Below, piece after piece: positions 1-8,889 of a stretch of 32,000 nt of DNA. The notes under the pieces are model-generated. The model searched no databases. It saw nothing but the letters and a program-made list of their open reading frames with translations, and was not told the DNA's origin. The position numbers and the translations under genes are program-made. Location of the stretch: the NCBI GenBank assembly GCA_003345555.1, contig PRDJ01000077.1, forward strand, positions 30,001 through 62,000, given 5' to 3'. Origin of the DNA: Candidatus Thorarchaeota archaeon (GTDB lineage: Archaea; Asgardarchaeota; Thorarchaeia; Thorarchaeales; Thorarchaeaceae). How positions within the stretch are numbered: position 1 is the stretch's first letter; every line of letters begins with the position of its first letter.

Positions 1-1
1 C

Positions 2-232
2 GTACCTGTGCAAGTCACCTGTGGCGCTGGAGACGCATGGAATGCTGGGAATATCTTTGGAACCCTTGTCCATTTGGAGACCAGAGACCGTCTTCTCCTG
101 TCGAACTCCGTTGCGGCTATGTATGTCTCTTCTGCTTCAGCGGTCCATCCAACCCGCGAGGCATTGATTCAGTTCCTTAAGGGGAAGCAGGCACTGTCAA
201 ACATCGGCAGTAAGCTAATTAGAGCTCTCTGA
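2..232 (+). CDS. PfkB/ribokinase-family carbohydrate kinase, C-terminal fragment (starts before the window)
   Basis: Open frame from the window edge; VTCGAGDAWNAG matches the PfkB anion-hole motif (T-x-GAGD-x-F/W-x-A-G). Confidence 0.75.
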   Translation, partial: VPVQVTCGAGDAWNAGNIFGTLVHLETRDRLLLSNSVAAMYVSSASAVHPTREALIQFLKGKQALSNIGSKLIRAL

Positions 233-277
233 CAAGACTGCTTTGGTGTTTGCAGGTCAGAGGAAGGAAGTGCTCCC

Positions 278-1210
278 TTGGCGCTTGAACATATCCTTGG
301 TAAGTTGAAGTACGACGGTTCCGTCACCGGGTTTGCACTTCTGACCAACAATGGTCAACCCTTTCTGTCGTTCTCCTTACCAGAGGAATTGCTTCCTCAG
401 ATCCATGGTGCCTTGAGAATTCACGCATCATCACTGAAACTAGTCAATGTGATGACGAAACAAGGAACTCTGATTCTGGCCCGAGTGGATCCAAACTGGA
501 TACTTGCTGTACACTTCTCAGAGGAATCACTGGGGTCGGCTCTTCAGAAGACTAAAACGGTTGTGGATATGCTCGAGCAAGTCGAGCTGCCTCCGCCACC
601 ATCCAACATTGCCACCGAGTTGCCTGTCGAGGCTGTGGAGGAAGTGCCTGAAGACCTCAGCCCCGAGATTGAGAAGATGAAGGCTGCCACGATAACAGAG
701 GGTGCAGAGGTAGGTGTACCCGAGGCAGGTCTCGTTGTTGTCAGGCATGGCTGTATCGTGCACCACGGACCAAGGTACACCGATGCCGTTACTCTCGGCT
801 CACCTCTCAATCGACTGCTCAAAGACAAATCGGCAAAGTTCGCGGTCGACGTGCTCTTGCTGGCGGATGAGAAACGGACTGTCTTCAAGATATCACAAGA
901 ACTCGGAAAATCTGTTGAAAGAGTGATTGATGTCGTGACTTGGTGTGTATCGGAGCGTATCTTGACCGTTGAATGTCCGGAAGAGCAGGAAGCCGGGGTT
1001 GCACCGATAGTTGAATACCCATTATATGAGGGCGACCTGAAAAAGGCCAAGAAAGAGCATCAGGCAGTCCTCATGTTATGCGACGGTGTTCACACTGTTC
1101 AGGACATAGCAGCGGAGCTCAACATACCATACTTCAAGGCATTGCAGAGCATCGTACCATATCGAGGAAAGACTGTCAAGTTTGTTGGCAAAGACAAAGC
1201 TGGCGAATGA
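278..1210 (+). CDS. Roadblock/LAMTOR/MglB-like domain + Pro/acidic linker + two winged-helix domains (paralogue A)
   Basis: N-terminal ~100 aa follow the Roadblock helix/strand pattern (LEHILGKLK / VTGFALLTNNGQPF / LKLVNVMT-GTLILARV-WILAVHF / LGSALQKTK); two wHTH-like units (LLLADEKRTVFKISQELG, LMLCDGVHTVQDIAAELN). Clear paralogue at 3134..4135. Confidence 0.7.
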   Translation: MALEHILGKLKYDGSVTGFALLTNNGQPFLSFSLPEELLPQIHGALRIHASSLKLVNVMTKQGTLILARVDPNWILAVHFSEESLGSALQKTKTVVDMLEQVELPPPPSNIATELPVEAVEEVPEDLSPEIEKMKAATITEGAEVGVPEAGLVVVRHGCIVHHGPRYTDAVTLGSPLNRLLKDKSAKFAVDVLLLADEKRTVFKISQELGKSVERVIDVVTWCVSERILTVECPEEQEAGVAPIVEYPLYEGDLKKAKKEHQAVLMLCDGVHTVQDIAAELNIPYFKALQSIVPYRGKTVKFVGKDKAGE

Positions 1211-1233
1211 CGAACAGAACGGAGGACTAACAA

Positions 1234-1740
1234 ATGGGCGTCAAAGGTTCATTGGCTTGGAGTTTGAAAATCCCGAAAGTATCGAAACCACTGTTTCAGG
1301 CAACTTACAGAGAACTCATGAATTACCTGATCCAGACAAGTTCAAACGTTGATGAAATCAATCAGAAACTGAAGGAGATAGGCTTCAAGGTCGGAGAATA
1401 TCTCCTTATGGACTATGCAGACAGGATAAGGAAGCATGCAGTAGCATTTCATCAATTTGCATCGACTCTTCAGCTAGCATACAAAGTGAATTCGGGACAG
1501 GAGTTTACTTCTATTTGGATCAGCGATGACCGTCGCGTGGTCAAGTTTACAGACGTAAAGTGCCCGATATGCGAAGGCGTTGAAATCAAGGACTTGCCCG
1601 GACTGCAATACTGCAATCTTGTGAGCGGCGTATTCCAAGCTGTTCTTACGCTTAGAGGTTTCAATGGCGATTCCTATCAGGAGTCTTGCAGGGCTGTTGG
1701 AGACGACGCATGCACATGGACTATCAAGTTGCTTGAGTGA
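1234..1740 (+). CDS. Bet3/TRAPPC3-like protein with V4R cysteine motifs
   Basis: LFQATY-x2-L...N-x-DEINQKLKEIGFKVG and LQYCNLVSGV resemble Bet3; CPIC, YC and QESCRAVGDDAC are V4R-type motifs; SD-like GGAGG upstream. Confidence 0.85.
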   Translation: MGVKGSLAWSLKIPKVSKPLFQATYRELMNYLIQTSSNVDEINQKLKEIGFKVGEYLLMDYADRIRKHAVAFHQFASTLQLAYKVNSGQEFTSIWISDDRRVVKFTDVKCPICEGVEIKDLPGLQYCNLVSGVFQAVLTLRGFNGDSYQESCRAVGDDACTWTIKLLE

Positions 1741-1860
1741 CGATACTGACAGTCTGCGGTCTACTATCACAGAATGCCCCCTTGCCAATAACAGCTAACA
1801 TATCTTAAAATGGACTAATCACAAGGCAGTGTATGCCACGTGCCTTAGGGTGAGTCAGGA

Positions 1861-2376
1861 TTGGGTCAGTTCATTGGTACCCTTGTGGGTCTGATTGTAG
1901 GATTTGTGCTCTCTTTCGCTATTCTTACGCTCGGGACCGTAATGCCTGAAGCGCTGATTCCTTCTAGCATAGTGGCAGATTTTCTTTCGCGTCCCGACCT
2001 AGAAGTGAGGCTGGCTATCGCAGGCACAGTGATGTATCCCTCGGCATTTGGATCCATAAGCCTTGGCGGCATGCTTCACATGGGAGCCAGTAGTGCAACA
2101 GTATTGATGTTCCTAGCATGGGGCACGGGTGGGCTTGTTGCCGGATTGCTGGCACGCGGACCAGTACAGGGAATATTCGCGGGCGTTTTTTCAGTCATAC
2201 TTGGTGCCCTTCTAATCTGGCTCTTGGTTTTCTTCATTCAGACCCCTGACTTCAGTGCAATCTTTGGTACAGGGTCTATGCTCATCTTGCAGGCCGCATT
2301 TGAAGGCACAGTCTACCCTCTCATCGGCGTTGGAGTCGGAGGTCTTTTGGGGGGCGCTATTAGTAGAGAGCGCTGA
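1861..2376 (+). CDS. Multi-pass membrane protein of unknown function
   Basis: 171 aa, about 4-5 Gly-rich hydrophobic segments; TTG start; TATA-like TCTTAAAA near 1803-1810. Confidence 0.7.
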   Translation: MGQFIGTLVGLIVGFVLSFAILTLGTVMPEALIPSSIVADFLSRPDLEVRLAIAGTVMYPSAFGSISLGGMLHMGASSATVLMFLAWGTGGLVAGLLARGPVQGIFAGVFSVILGALLIWLLVFFIQTPDFSAIFGTGSMLILQAAFEGTVYPLIGVGVGGLLGGAISRER

Positions 2377-2399
2377 CCCATTCAGTCGTGGAAAGCTGT

Positions 2400-2972
2400 C
2401 TATTGAGCGTCGGACCCCGTCAGTTGCCTTCCACACTCGGAACAAAAAACCGGCCTCGATTTGAAGACTGCACCACACTCACAGACAGTCTCAATCTTCT
2501 CTGGTGGCGTAGCCTCGCCGCTTGTTAACCACGCTGCAGACAGACTAATCGGAATGCAGCTAAGGAGAGACAGAGGTGACGCAATCAGGCTTGATGTGAA
2601 CAGAGTGATTAAGTCCATGTTTCTGCTCGGCGAATACCAAAATGATGGATTGGTGATGAGGATGGAGCCCGTCGCCAACAACGCGATAAACAGGCCGACC
2701 CATAATGCGCTTCGAAGTGCATTCCAGTTCGGTTTCGAAAACGGGGCAATTGCGAGACCTATGATAAGCCACGCTACTACGTACTGACCTGAGACTGCCC
2801 AGTCCATTAAGCCCAATAGTGTTGATTGAAGCAGAACGCTCCCTGACAAAAGGAACGATACGGTATTGAACGGTTCGGGGTAAACAGTCTGAGGTAGCGC
2901 TCGCAGCCACACTATGAAGAGGCATCCCACTACTGCTCCAACCAAACCTCCGAGCGCATTTCTCATTTCCAT
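2400..2972 (-). CDS. Membrane protein with C-terminal zinc ribbon
   Basis: About 4 hydrophobic segments then CECG-x7-FCSECG; start moved from 3011 to ATG 2972 (or 2966) because the track's N-terminal residues look non-coding. Confidence 0.75.
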   Translation of the reverse strand: MEMRNALGGLVGAVVGCLFIVWLRALPQTVYPEPFNTVSFLLSGSVLLQSTLLGLMDWAVSGQYVVAWLIIGLAIAPFSKPNWNALRSALWVGLFIALLATGSILITNPSFWYSPSRNMDLITLFTSSLIASPLSLLSCIPISLSAAWLTSGEATPPEKIETVCECGAVFKSRPVFCSECGRQLTGSDAQ

Positions 2973-3133
2973 CCCATACCGAGACGACTGGTCACGCGTC
3001 CGGCACTGCATGAGCTCTTAACACTTTTCGTCCATAAGCATATCAATCACCACAATGCTTTTCTGACCAGCCTGGGAAATATCATCGAAAACACGTGGGA
3101 CCGGCTATGCGAAGTGACTCGAGGTGTTGATTC

Positions 3134-4135
3134 ATGGCGGGAGACCTTGAACGTGCTCTCTCCAAGCTAAGAACTGACAATCAGGTGTTAGGGTATTCCC
3201 TGATGACCAAAGTGGGGCGGCCGTTTATCAGCTTCTCGTTTCCCGGTGACATATTCCCGCGTGTAAAAGATAGCATCAAGCTCTACAAGTCGGATCTTCG
3301 GCTCATGACGATTGACACCGAGAAAGGACTTGTGGTGTTGTCACCAGTGGATGCCAACTGGATTCTGACCGTGCTTTACATACACGAGCTTCAGCTGGGG
3401 GTGGCAATAGCCAAGACAAAGAATGTCCTTAGGTTGCTGGAAGGGATTGAATTGCCTCCTCCCCCTGAAGACTTCGAAGACTCTGCTGAAGCCAACCTTC
3501 AGGTACTTCAGAGCATTGCGATCAAAGCGGCGTCGACAGCCCCTGGGGCATCCGAAGCGGTGATGACATCCCCTCAGGCCAAGTCTTTGCCTTCTGTTGC
3601 ACCTGCCCCGAAGGCCGCGATTGAGAAGCAATCGCCGAGTCCAGATGATTTCTATGTTCTGCCTACCACGATTCCGAAAAAGGGCGAGACCCATTCTAAT
3701 GCTCTCTCTCTTGACTCTGTACTTTGTTCAGAGATGAAGAAGGTATACAGAAACTTCGGATTCGACGTGCTGATGTTGGTCGATGGGAGCCGCACGGTCA
3801 CACAGATAGCCGAGTCCATGTTTCAGCCAAACGAAAGAGTCGCGTCATTCCTGAAGTGGGCTGCATCAAAAGGCATCGTGGCCTTACCTGAAGCCAAGGA
3901 AAGAACTCCCGAGGAGAAGGCGAGTCCTTCGATGGGCCGCTTTGTGAAGTGTCCCCTGTTTGAGGGAGACCTGAGCAAGGTCAAGAGCGAGGATGTCCCG
4001 ATATTGAAGCTCTGTGATGGTTCAAGGACACCAGAGAAAATTGCAGAGGAGACAGGCAGTCCACAAGTGAGAGTCATTCAAGTGCTGGCGCTGTATCGTC
4101 GACTCGGGCTCAAAATGATCGGAAAGGCAGTCTAG
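3134..4135 (+). CDS. Roadblock-like domain + linker + two winged-helix domains (paralogue B)
   Basis: Collinear with 278..1210: PF(I/L)SFS, VD-x-NWIL, KTK-x-V, ELPPPP, PL(F/Y)EGDL-x-K, LCDG-x2-T; SD-like GAGGTG upstream. Confidence 0.75.
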   Translation: MAGDLERALSKLRTDNQVLGYSLMTKVGRPFISFSFPGDIFPRVKDSIKLYKSDLRLMTIDTEKGLVVLSPVDANWILTVLYIHELQLGVAIAKTKNVLRLLEGIELPPPPEDFEDSAEANLQVLQSIAIKAASTAPGASEAVMTSPQAKSLPSVAPAPKAAIEKQSPSPDDFYVLPTTIPKKGETHSNALSLDSVLCSEMKKVYRNFGFDVLMLVDGSRTVTQIAESMFQPNERVASFLKWAASKGIVALPEAKERTPEEKASPSMGRFVKCPLFEGDLSKVKSEDVPILKLCDGSRTPEKIAEETGSPQVRVIQVLALYRRLGLKMIGKAV

Positions 4136-4167
4136 ACGTTCTTAGATTGCTCAAAGAGGTTTGATAA

Positions 4168-4641
4168 TTGCCAAAGATAGAGAATCCACTTCTTCTCAGC
4201 CTCTACTCCAAGGTCGTTGACCAGGTTCTGTCAGAGACCAACAACATCGACGAAGCGAATCGACGGCTGAGAGACATAGGACGCGAGGTGGGATCCCAGA
4301 TATACCTCACGACGGACATTGTGGATAGGACCAAGGATACTATTACGACTCGTGAAGATGTTTCGAAGCTGGTTGAAATCATCTTCAGGGTGCTCTACGA
4401 CAAGAAGCCAACGTTAGTAGACATGGAGACAGCTCGTGGCTCAGTCAGAGTAACGGACGAGTCGTGTATCTGGTGTCAGGACGTTCATCTCGAAGGCATG
4501 GCCGGTTTCGGCTACTGCGAAGTTTTCAGTGGCATATTGGAGTCCCTGCTAGCTTTCAAGGGTGTCGAGGCCAAGGTCTTCCAGGAAATGTGCCGTGCAA
4601 CAGGCGCTGACAGCTGCGAATGGAATATCCGCTTGCAGTAG
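4168..4641 (+). CDS. Bet3/V4R-fold protein (paralogue of 1234..1740)
   Basis: NNIDEANRRLRDIGREVG helix, CIWC, GYCEVFSG, QEMCRATGADSCEW; TTG start with SD-like AGAGG. Confidence 0.85.
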   Translation: MPKIENPLLLSLYSKVVDQVLSETNNIDEANRRLRDIGREVGSQIYLTTDIVDRTKDTITTREDVSKLVEIIFRVLYDKKPTLVDMETARGSVRVTDESCIWCQDVHLEGMAGFGYCEVFSGILESLLAFKGVEAKVFQEMCRATGADSCEWNIRLQ

Positions 4642-4702
4642 GAAAACCATCACAAAGAACTTAACGCTGGATGAGAAACAGCCGCTGGCGAGAGAGACTC
4701 CT

Positions 4703-5251
4703 ATGTCGAAGACTCCAGAGGCTGTTCCTTGGTGGCTGGGCAAGCTAAAAGAACGCGACCTCATGAGGGCATTTTTTGCAAAGACGTGGACCAAAATCGG
4801 CAACAGAGTCGAAGTTATGTTTCCCGACAAAGTCCGCGATCTCTATTACAGCGCTGGTCGGCTCGCGGGTCTTGAGACGCAACGCGAGTATTTCAAACTG
4901 GGGAGGCAGAGGCCGCCCGGTGACTTCAAGGGCATTGTTGAGTTTATCAAGATGGCGCTCTCTATCCTGATAGTTCCATTCGGCGATGTCAAAATATCTC
5001 GCCTCTACAAGCTATTCTTGGATGAAGAGGCAGTGATAGAGATTCAAGACAACCCATATGCATCAGGCATGAAAACACCCGAGCCTTCGTGTTACTTCTT
5101 AAGAGGCTTCATCGAAGCCGTCCTCGAGTATCTGACTGATTCCAACAAGATTGTGTACGAGAAACTCGTCGTTGTAGAGGAGACATGCATGGCTTCAGGC
5201 GGCGAGGCATGCACCTTCAAGATGACACTGACCTACCCTGCCCGCGGCTGA
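4703..5251 (+). CDS. V4R/Bet3-fold protein (third, more divergent)
   Basis: QDNPYA, PSCYFLRGFIEAVL, EETCMASGGEACTF motifs; start placed at ATG 4703 (MSKTP), since the track start at 4562 overlaps the previous gene. Confidence 0.8.
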   Translation: MSKTPEAVPWWLGKLKERDLMRAFFAKTWTKIGNRVEVMFPDKVRDLYYSAGRLAGLETQREYFKLGRQRPPGDFKGIVEFIKMALSILIVPFGDVKISRLYKLFLDEEAVIEIQDNPYASGMKTPEPSCYFLRGFIEAVLEYLTDSNKIVYEKLVVVEETCMASGGEACTFKMTLTYPARG

Positions 5252-5377
5252 GCGTAGTCAGCACTTAGCAGAATGACATACGAAGACTCATGTGTCAAGG
5301 TTTATCCGCCTTGCAGTGGATGGTAGTACATCTGTACCACAAACATATCTCTTAATTGCATTAAACACAATTCCGGG

Positions 5378-6148
5378 ATGAGGCAAAGCATGAGCGGAAG
5401 TCAGGCCAGAAAAGCGTTCGTTCTGCTACCGCTCTTGCTCTTTTTCTCCGGGATGCTGAGCGTCTATCTGTTTCAACTTGGAGTCAATTCCCATGATTTA
5501 TCCTTCCAGAATTCCGACACGCATCCCGTCGCAATCCAGTTGGCGGACAGCGTAGTTCTGGTTGCTCCAATTGGCGCCGGAACATCCATTGTCCTTGGGG
5601 CCGGACTACTGCAATCCTCGAACGGTCAGTTTGTCTTAGCCGTAGCCATCGGAACAGTGATTGCTCAGGCTAGGCAACAGGAGCGTACTTCCCGACTTCG
5701 TGAGCGTATCCTCGATGAGGTCTCATCCAGCCCCGGTATACATCTGAGGGAAATGCACCGAATCCTTGGTTGTGCGATGGGCGCACTGCAGTACCACGTG
5801 AAGCAGCTCGAAGAACAAAGGTTCATCACATCTGTCAGGAGTGGCAACACAAGACACTTCTTCCCATCTGAGTTCTCATGTGATGAGCAGGTTCTGAAGC
5901 TGACAGCATTGATACGGAATCCAATCATCAGTTCAATAATCATGCAGTGCTTGGCCAGTGACCGGACGACCCAAGCGGACCTTAGCAGGCTCCTGTCAAT
6001 TGACAAGAGCTTGGTCTCATACTACGTAAGTCACCTGATAAGAGAGGATGTATTGAACACGATTCGTGTCTTTGGCCGCGAAAAGCCGCTGACGGTGACG
6101 GATTGGGCAAGGTATGCTCTTTCGACAGGGGAATCGGTGGTGCAGTAG
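5378..6148 (+). CDS. Membrane-tethered transcriptional regulator with two wHTH domains (COG3398-like)
   Basis: Two N-terminal hydrophobic stretches, then RERILDEVSSSPGIHLREMHRILGCAMGALQYHVKQL and TQADLSRLLSIDKSLVSYYV. Confidence 0.75.
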   Translation: MRQSMSGSQARKAFVLLPLLLFFSGMLSVYLFQLGVNSHDLSFQNSDTHPVAIQLADSVVLVAPIGAGTSIVLGAGLLQSSNGQFVLAVAIGTVIAQARQQERTSRLRERILDEVSSSPGIHLREMHRILGCAMGALQYHVKQLEEQRFITSVRSGNTRHFFPSEFSCDEQVLKLTALIRNPIISSIIMQCLASDRTTQADLSRLLSIDKSLVSYYVSHLIREDVLNTIRVFGREKPLTVTDWARYALSTGESVVQ

Positions 6149-6251
6149 CTCACCAACCTCTATACTTAAGGCACAATCGTTTTCAATCTAGAAACGTCAC
6201 TCGGACGAATCCTCACGTTATATCAGGATTCTACGTTCAGGAGGCGACCTG

Positions 6252-6998
6252 ATGCCGAAGGAATCTACAACGACCAAGGATGATCTGAGCGAAGTCGATA
6301 CCGAAATATCGGAAGGCGTTCAGCACGCTGTCCGTCTTGTTAACGTGTCCCGCGTCTACGCAATGGGCAACACAGAGGTAGTTGCCCTGAGTGATGTGAG
6401 TCTGGATGTGACCTCTGGCGAGCTTGTGGTTGTTTCAGGGCCATCAGGTTCTGGAAAGACAACTCTTCTCAATATGATTGGTGGTCTGGACTATCCATCT
6501 AGCGGAAGAGTCCTACTCATGGACGTCCCGATCGGCGACTATGATGAATCTTTTCGGGCCACCTTTAGACTCACCAATACTGGTTTTGTCTTTCAAAGCT
6601 ACAACCTGATTTCCACGTTAACTGCCATTGAGAACGTTATGTTTCCCATGCAGTTGTCGAACAAGGATTCCAAAGAGATACGCAAAGATGCCTCGATGCT
6701 CCTTGAGCGCGTGGGGCTGTCAGATCGGCTCAATCATCTTCCTTGGCAACTGAGTTCGGGCGAACAACAGCGGGTCGCCATGGCTCGTGCAATGGCAAAT
6801 GATCCGCCCATCGTGATTGCCGATGAGCCCACAGCTAACTTGGACTCCGAAAGCGCAGAAATGATTCGTAGTCTGCTAATCAGCCTAAACAATGCAGGAA
6901 AGACTGTATTTGTGGTGTCCCATGATGAGGATATAACTGGCCTGCCAAGCGCGCGGCATCTCAGGATGGACAAGGGAGTGCTGTCTGCCAATGCGTGA
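6252..6998 (+). CDS. ABC transporter ATP-binding protein, LolD/MacB family
   Basis: Walker A GPSGSGKT, signature LSSGEQQRV, Walker B VIADEPT, H-loop VSHD. Confidence 0.95.
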   Translation: MPKESTTTKDDLSEVDTEISEGVQHAVRLVNVSRVYAMGNTEVVALSDVSLDVTSGELVVVSGPSGSGKTTLLNMIGGLDYPSSGRVLLMDVPIGDYDESFRATFRLTNTGFVFQSYNLISTLTAIENVMFPMQLSNKDSKEIRKDASMLLERVGLSDRLNHLPWQLSSGEQQRVAMARAMANDPPIVIADEPTANLDSESAEMIRSLLISLNNAGKTVFVVSHDEDITGLPSARHLRMDKGVLSANA

Positions 6999-8841
6999 CC
7001 TAGACTACGCATCGACCGACTTGAAGCGCCGACCATTCAGGTCCACGACCGTGCTGCTGTCAATGACAACTGTTGTTGCGTTCACAACCTTTCTTTTCCT
7101 TTTCGCGAACACGCTCTTGGACGTTACATCTGCTGTGACATCTCTCGGACTGAGTTCTCCACTTGGAGTCCTCTATGGCGCGTTCATTTGGACAACACTG
7201 GTGCTCGTCCTCATTCTAGGAGCAGTTGTTGTATCGAGTACGGTTTCATTGGAGATGGTGAGTCGGAGGAAAGACATAGGACTCATGAAATCAATCGGTA
7301 CTCTAGTGGACACGATTTTTGACCATTTCATGGCTCAGGCCGTTACGCTATTGCTAGCCAGCGTGGTACTCGGAGTAGCATGCGGCACACTAATGTACTT
7401 GGCAGGTATGCTCTGGCTCGCATATTCCATTCCGGCTCTTCAATTCTCATTCAACTACCCCCTCTACCAAATCGGAGGGCTCGCTCTGATCTATGTCTTT
7501 GTCGGCTACTTCGCCGCCCAGAAACCTATCTACGACGCAGTACAGGAGTCACCCATCTCTGCCCTGAGTCCTGATACAACTCTGAGGGTCGGACCTGCAG
7601 GTTTCCTTAGTGGATTCGGCCTTTCTTTCAGGATTGCTGCGAAGGCTACAGGGCGCCGGGTCAAGGGATCTAGGAGAGTAGTGGTCTCTCTCTTCCTAAG
7701 CGTCTCTCTTGCTTCCGTGCTTTGGATTGGCGGAGGGGTTGTCGAGAATACAACAGACGCCTATGTTGCTAGGGCAATGGGCAACAATGTCGTTGCTGTC
7801 GGCCACCCTGATGTACTGTCCGAGTACTATAGCGCGTATTCGCTTCAAGGCGCCTCGCTAAATGAGAATGTGACTTTTCTTAACAGCTCGTACGTTGTAC
7901 CCTCTTCTCTCATTCAACTGCTTGCAAATGCCCCCGGCGTGATTCAGATCGAGTCGCGGTTTGTCGTGTCCACCAGCGTCAAGGAAGGTCCTGCCATTGT
8001 CTGGAATCCGACCTTGGCACGATACGAACGAATCGGCAACGACCGAGTCTCGCAGGCGATTTTGGTGGGCGTGAATTGGTCACACACTATATCGACTTGG
8101 TATTACGAAGGAGACCCAGTGAGTAAACCAGATGAAGTCTGGATTGGAGGAAAAATGGCGACATCGATGTACGTGGATCCTCTGGTCCAGACGCTGCAAG
8201 TCCAAGGAGCTTCTCTGAGTGTCAAAGGAATTGCATTTGACATCCTCAATGGAGGGATGGTGGCCATTATGGACCTCTCCTCAATGCTGTCTCTCTGGAA
8301 TGTCACAGGAGTGAATCTGGTCCTGGTTCAGTTGTACTCCTATGATGAGTCCTACATCTCGCAGATTCGGACTATGGCTAGTGCTTTCGGCATGGACGTG
8401 TACAGACAGCAAGATGTGCTCTTGGGCAATGAAAGAACAATAGGGGGCATCTGGCTATTGATGCAGCCTCTTCCTGTGATGGCCCTTTTCAGCGCATTCT
8501 TGAGTCTGATGTACTTCCTTCTTGTCTCCGTTTTTGGCAGATTCCGTGACTACATCATAATGCGGTCAGTCGGTGCTAAACCCTCATTTGTTGCTAAGAC
8601 CATGATTGCCGAAGGACTTGGTATTGGATTGAAGGCGGGACTGCCAGCTGCCCTCGTTGCCGCCTTGGTCAGCGTCTATGGCCTCATACCTGATGCGACA
8701 GTGCCATCACTGCTCTATCTTCCGGGCATGATATTCCTCATCATGTTGTCCTTAATTGGGACAGTCCTGCTCGCGTCCATACCCGTGTACTTGATATTCA
8801 TAGGCCGATCCGACCTGAGGGTATCAGAGTTCTCGGCTTGA
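6991..8841 (+). CDS. ABC transporter permease, FtsX/MacB family (two FtsX-like units)
   Basis: [13 protein letters not shown] and [13 protein letters not shown] FtsX-type motifs, multiple TM helices, large extracytoplasmic domain; overlaps the ATPase stop. Confidence 0.85.
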   Translation: MRDLDYASTDLKRRPFRSTTVLLSMTTVVAFTTFLFLFANTLLDVTSAVTSLGLSSPLGVLYGAFIWTTLVLVLILGAVVVSSTVSLEMVSRRKDIGLMKSIGTLVDTIFDHFMAQAVTLLLASVVLGVACGTLMYLAGMLWLAYSIPALQFSFNYPLYQIGGLALIYVFVGYFAAQKPIYDAVQESPISALSPDTTLRVGPAGFLSGFGLSFRIAAKATGRRVKGSRRVVVSLFLSVSLASVLWIGGGVVENTTDAYVARAMGNNVVAVGHPDVLSEYYSAYSLQGASLNENVTFLNSSYVVPSSLIQLLANAPGVIQIESRFVVSTSVKEGPAIVWNPTLARYERIGNDRVSQAILVGVNWSHTISTWYYEGDPVSKPDEVWIGGKMATSMYVDPLVQTLQVQGASLSVKGIAFDILNGGMVAIMDLSSMLSLWNVTGVNLVLVQLYSYDESYISQIRTMASAFGMDVYRQQDVLLGNERTIGGIWLLMQPLPVMALFSAFLSLMYFLLVSVFGRFRDYIIMRSVGAKPSFVAKTMIAEGLGIGLKAGLPAALVAALVSVYGLIPDATVPSLLYLPGMIFLIMLSLIGTVLLASIPVYLIFIGRSDLRVSEFSA

Positions 8842-8889
8842 CGGTAATCTTCATTAGACATGGCCAACCGGAAGCGGCGGGATGTGCAG

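Noticed and set aside
4562-4702. N-terminal extension of the third V4R ORF in the track
   Set aside because: Overlaps the preceding gene by 80 nt and looks non-coding; ATG 4703 is more plausible.
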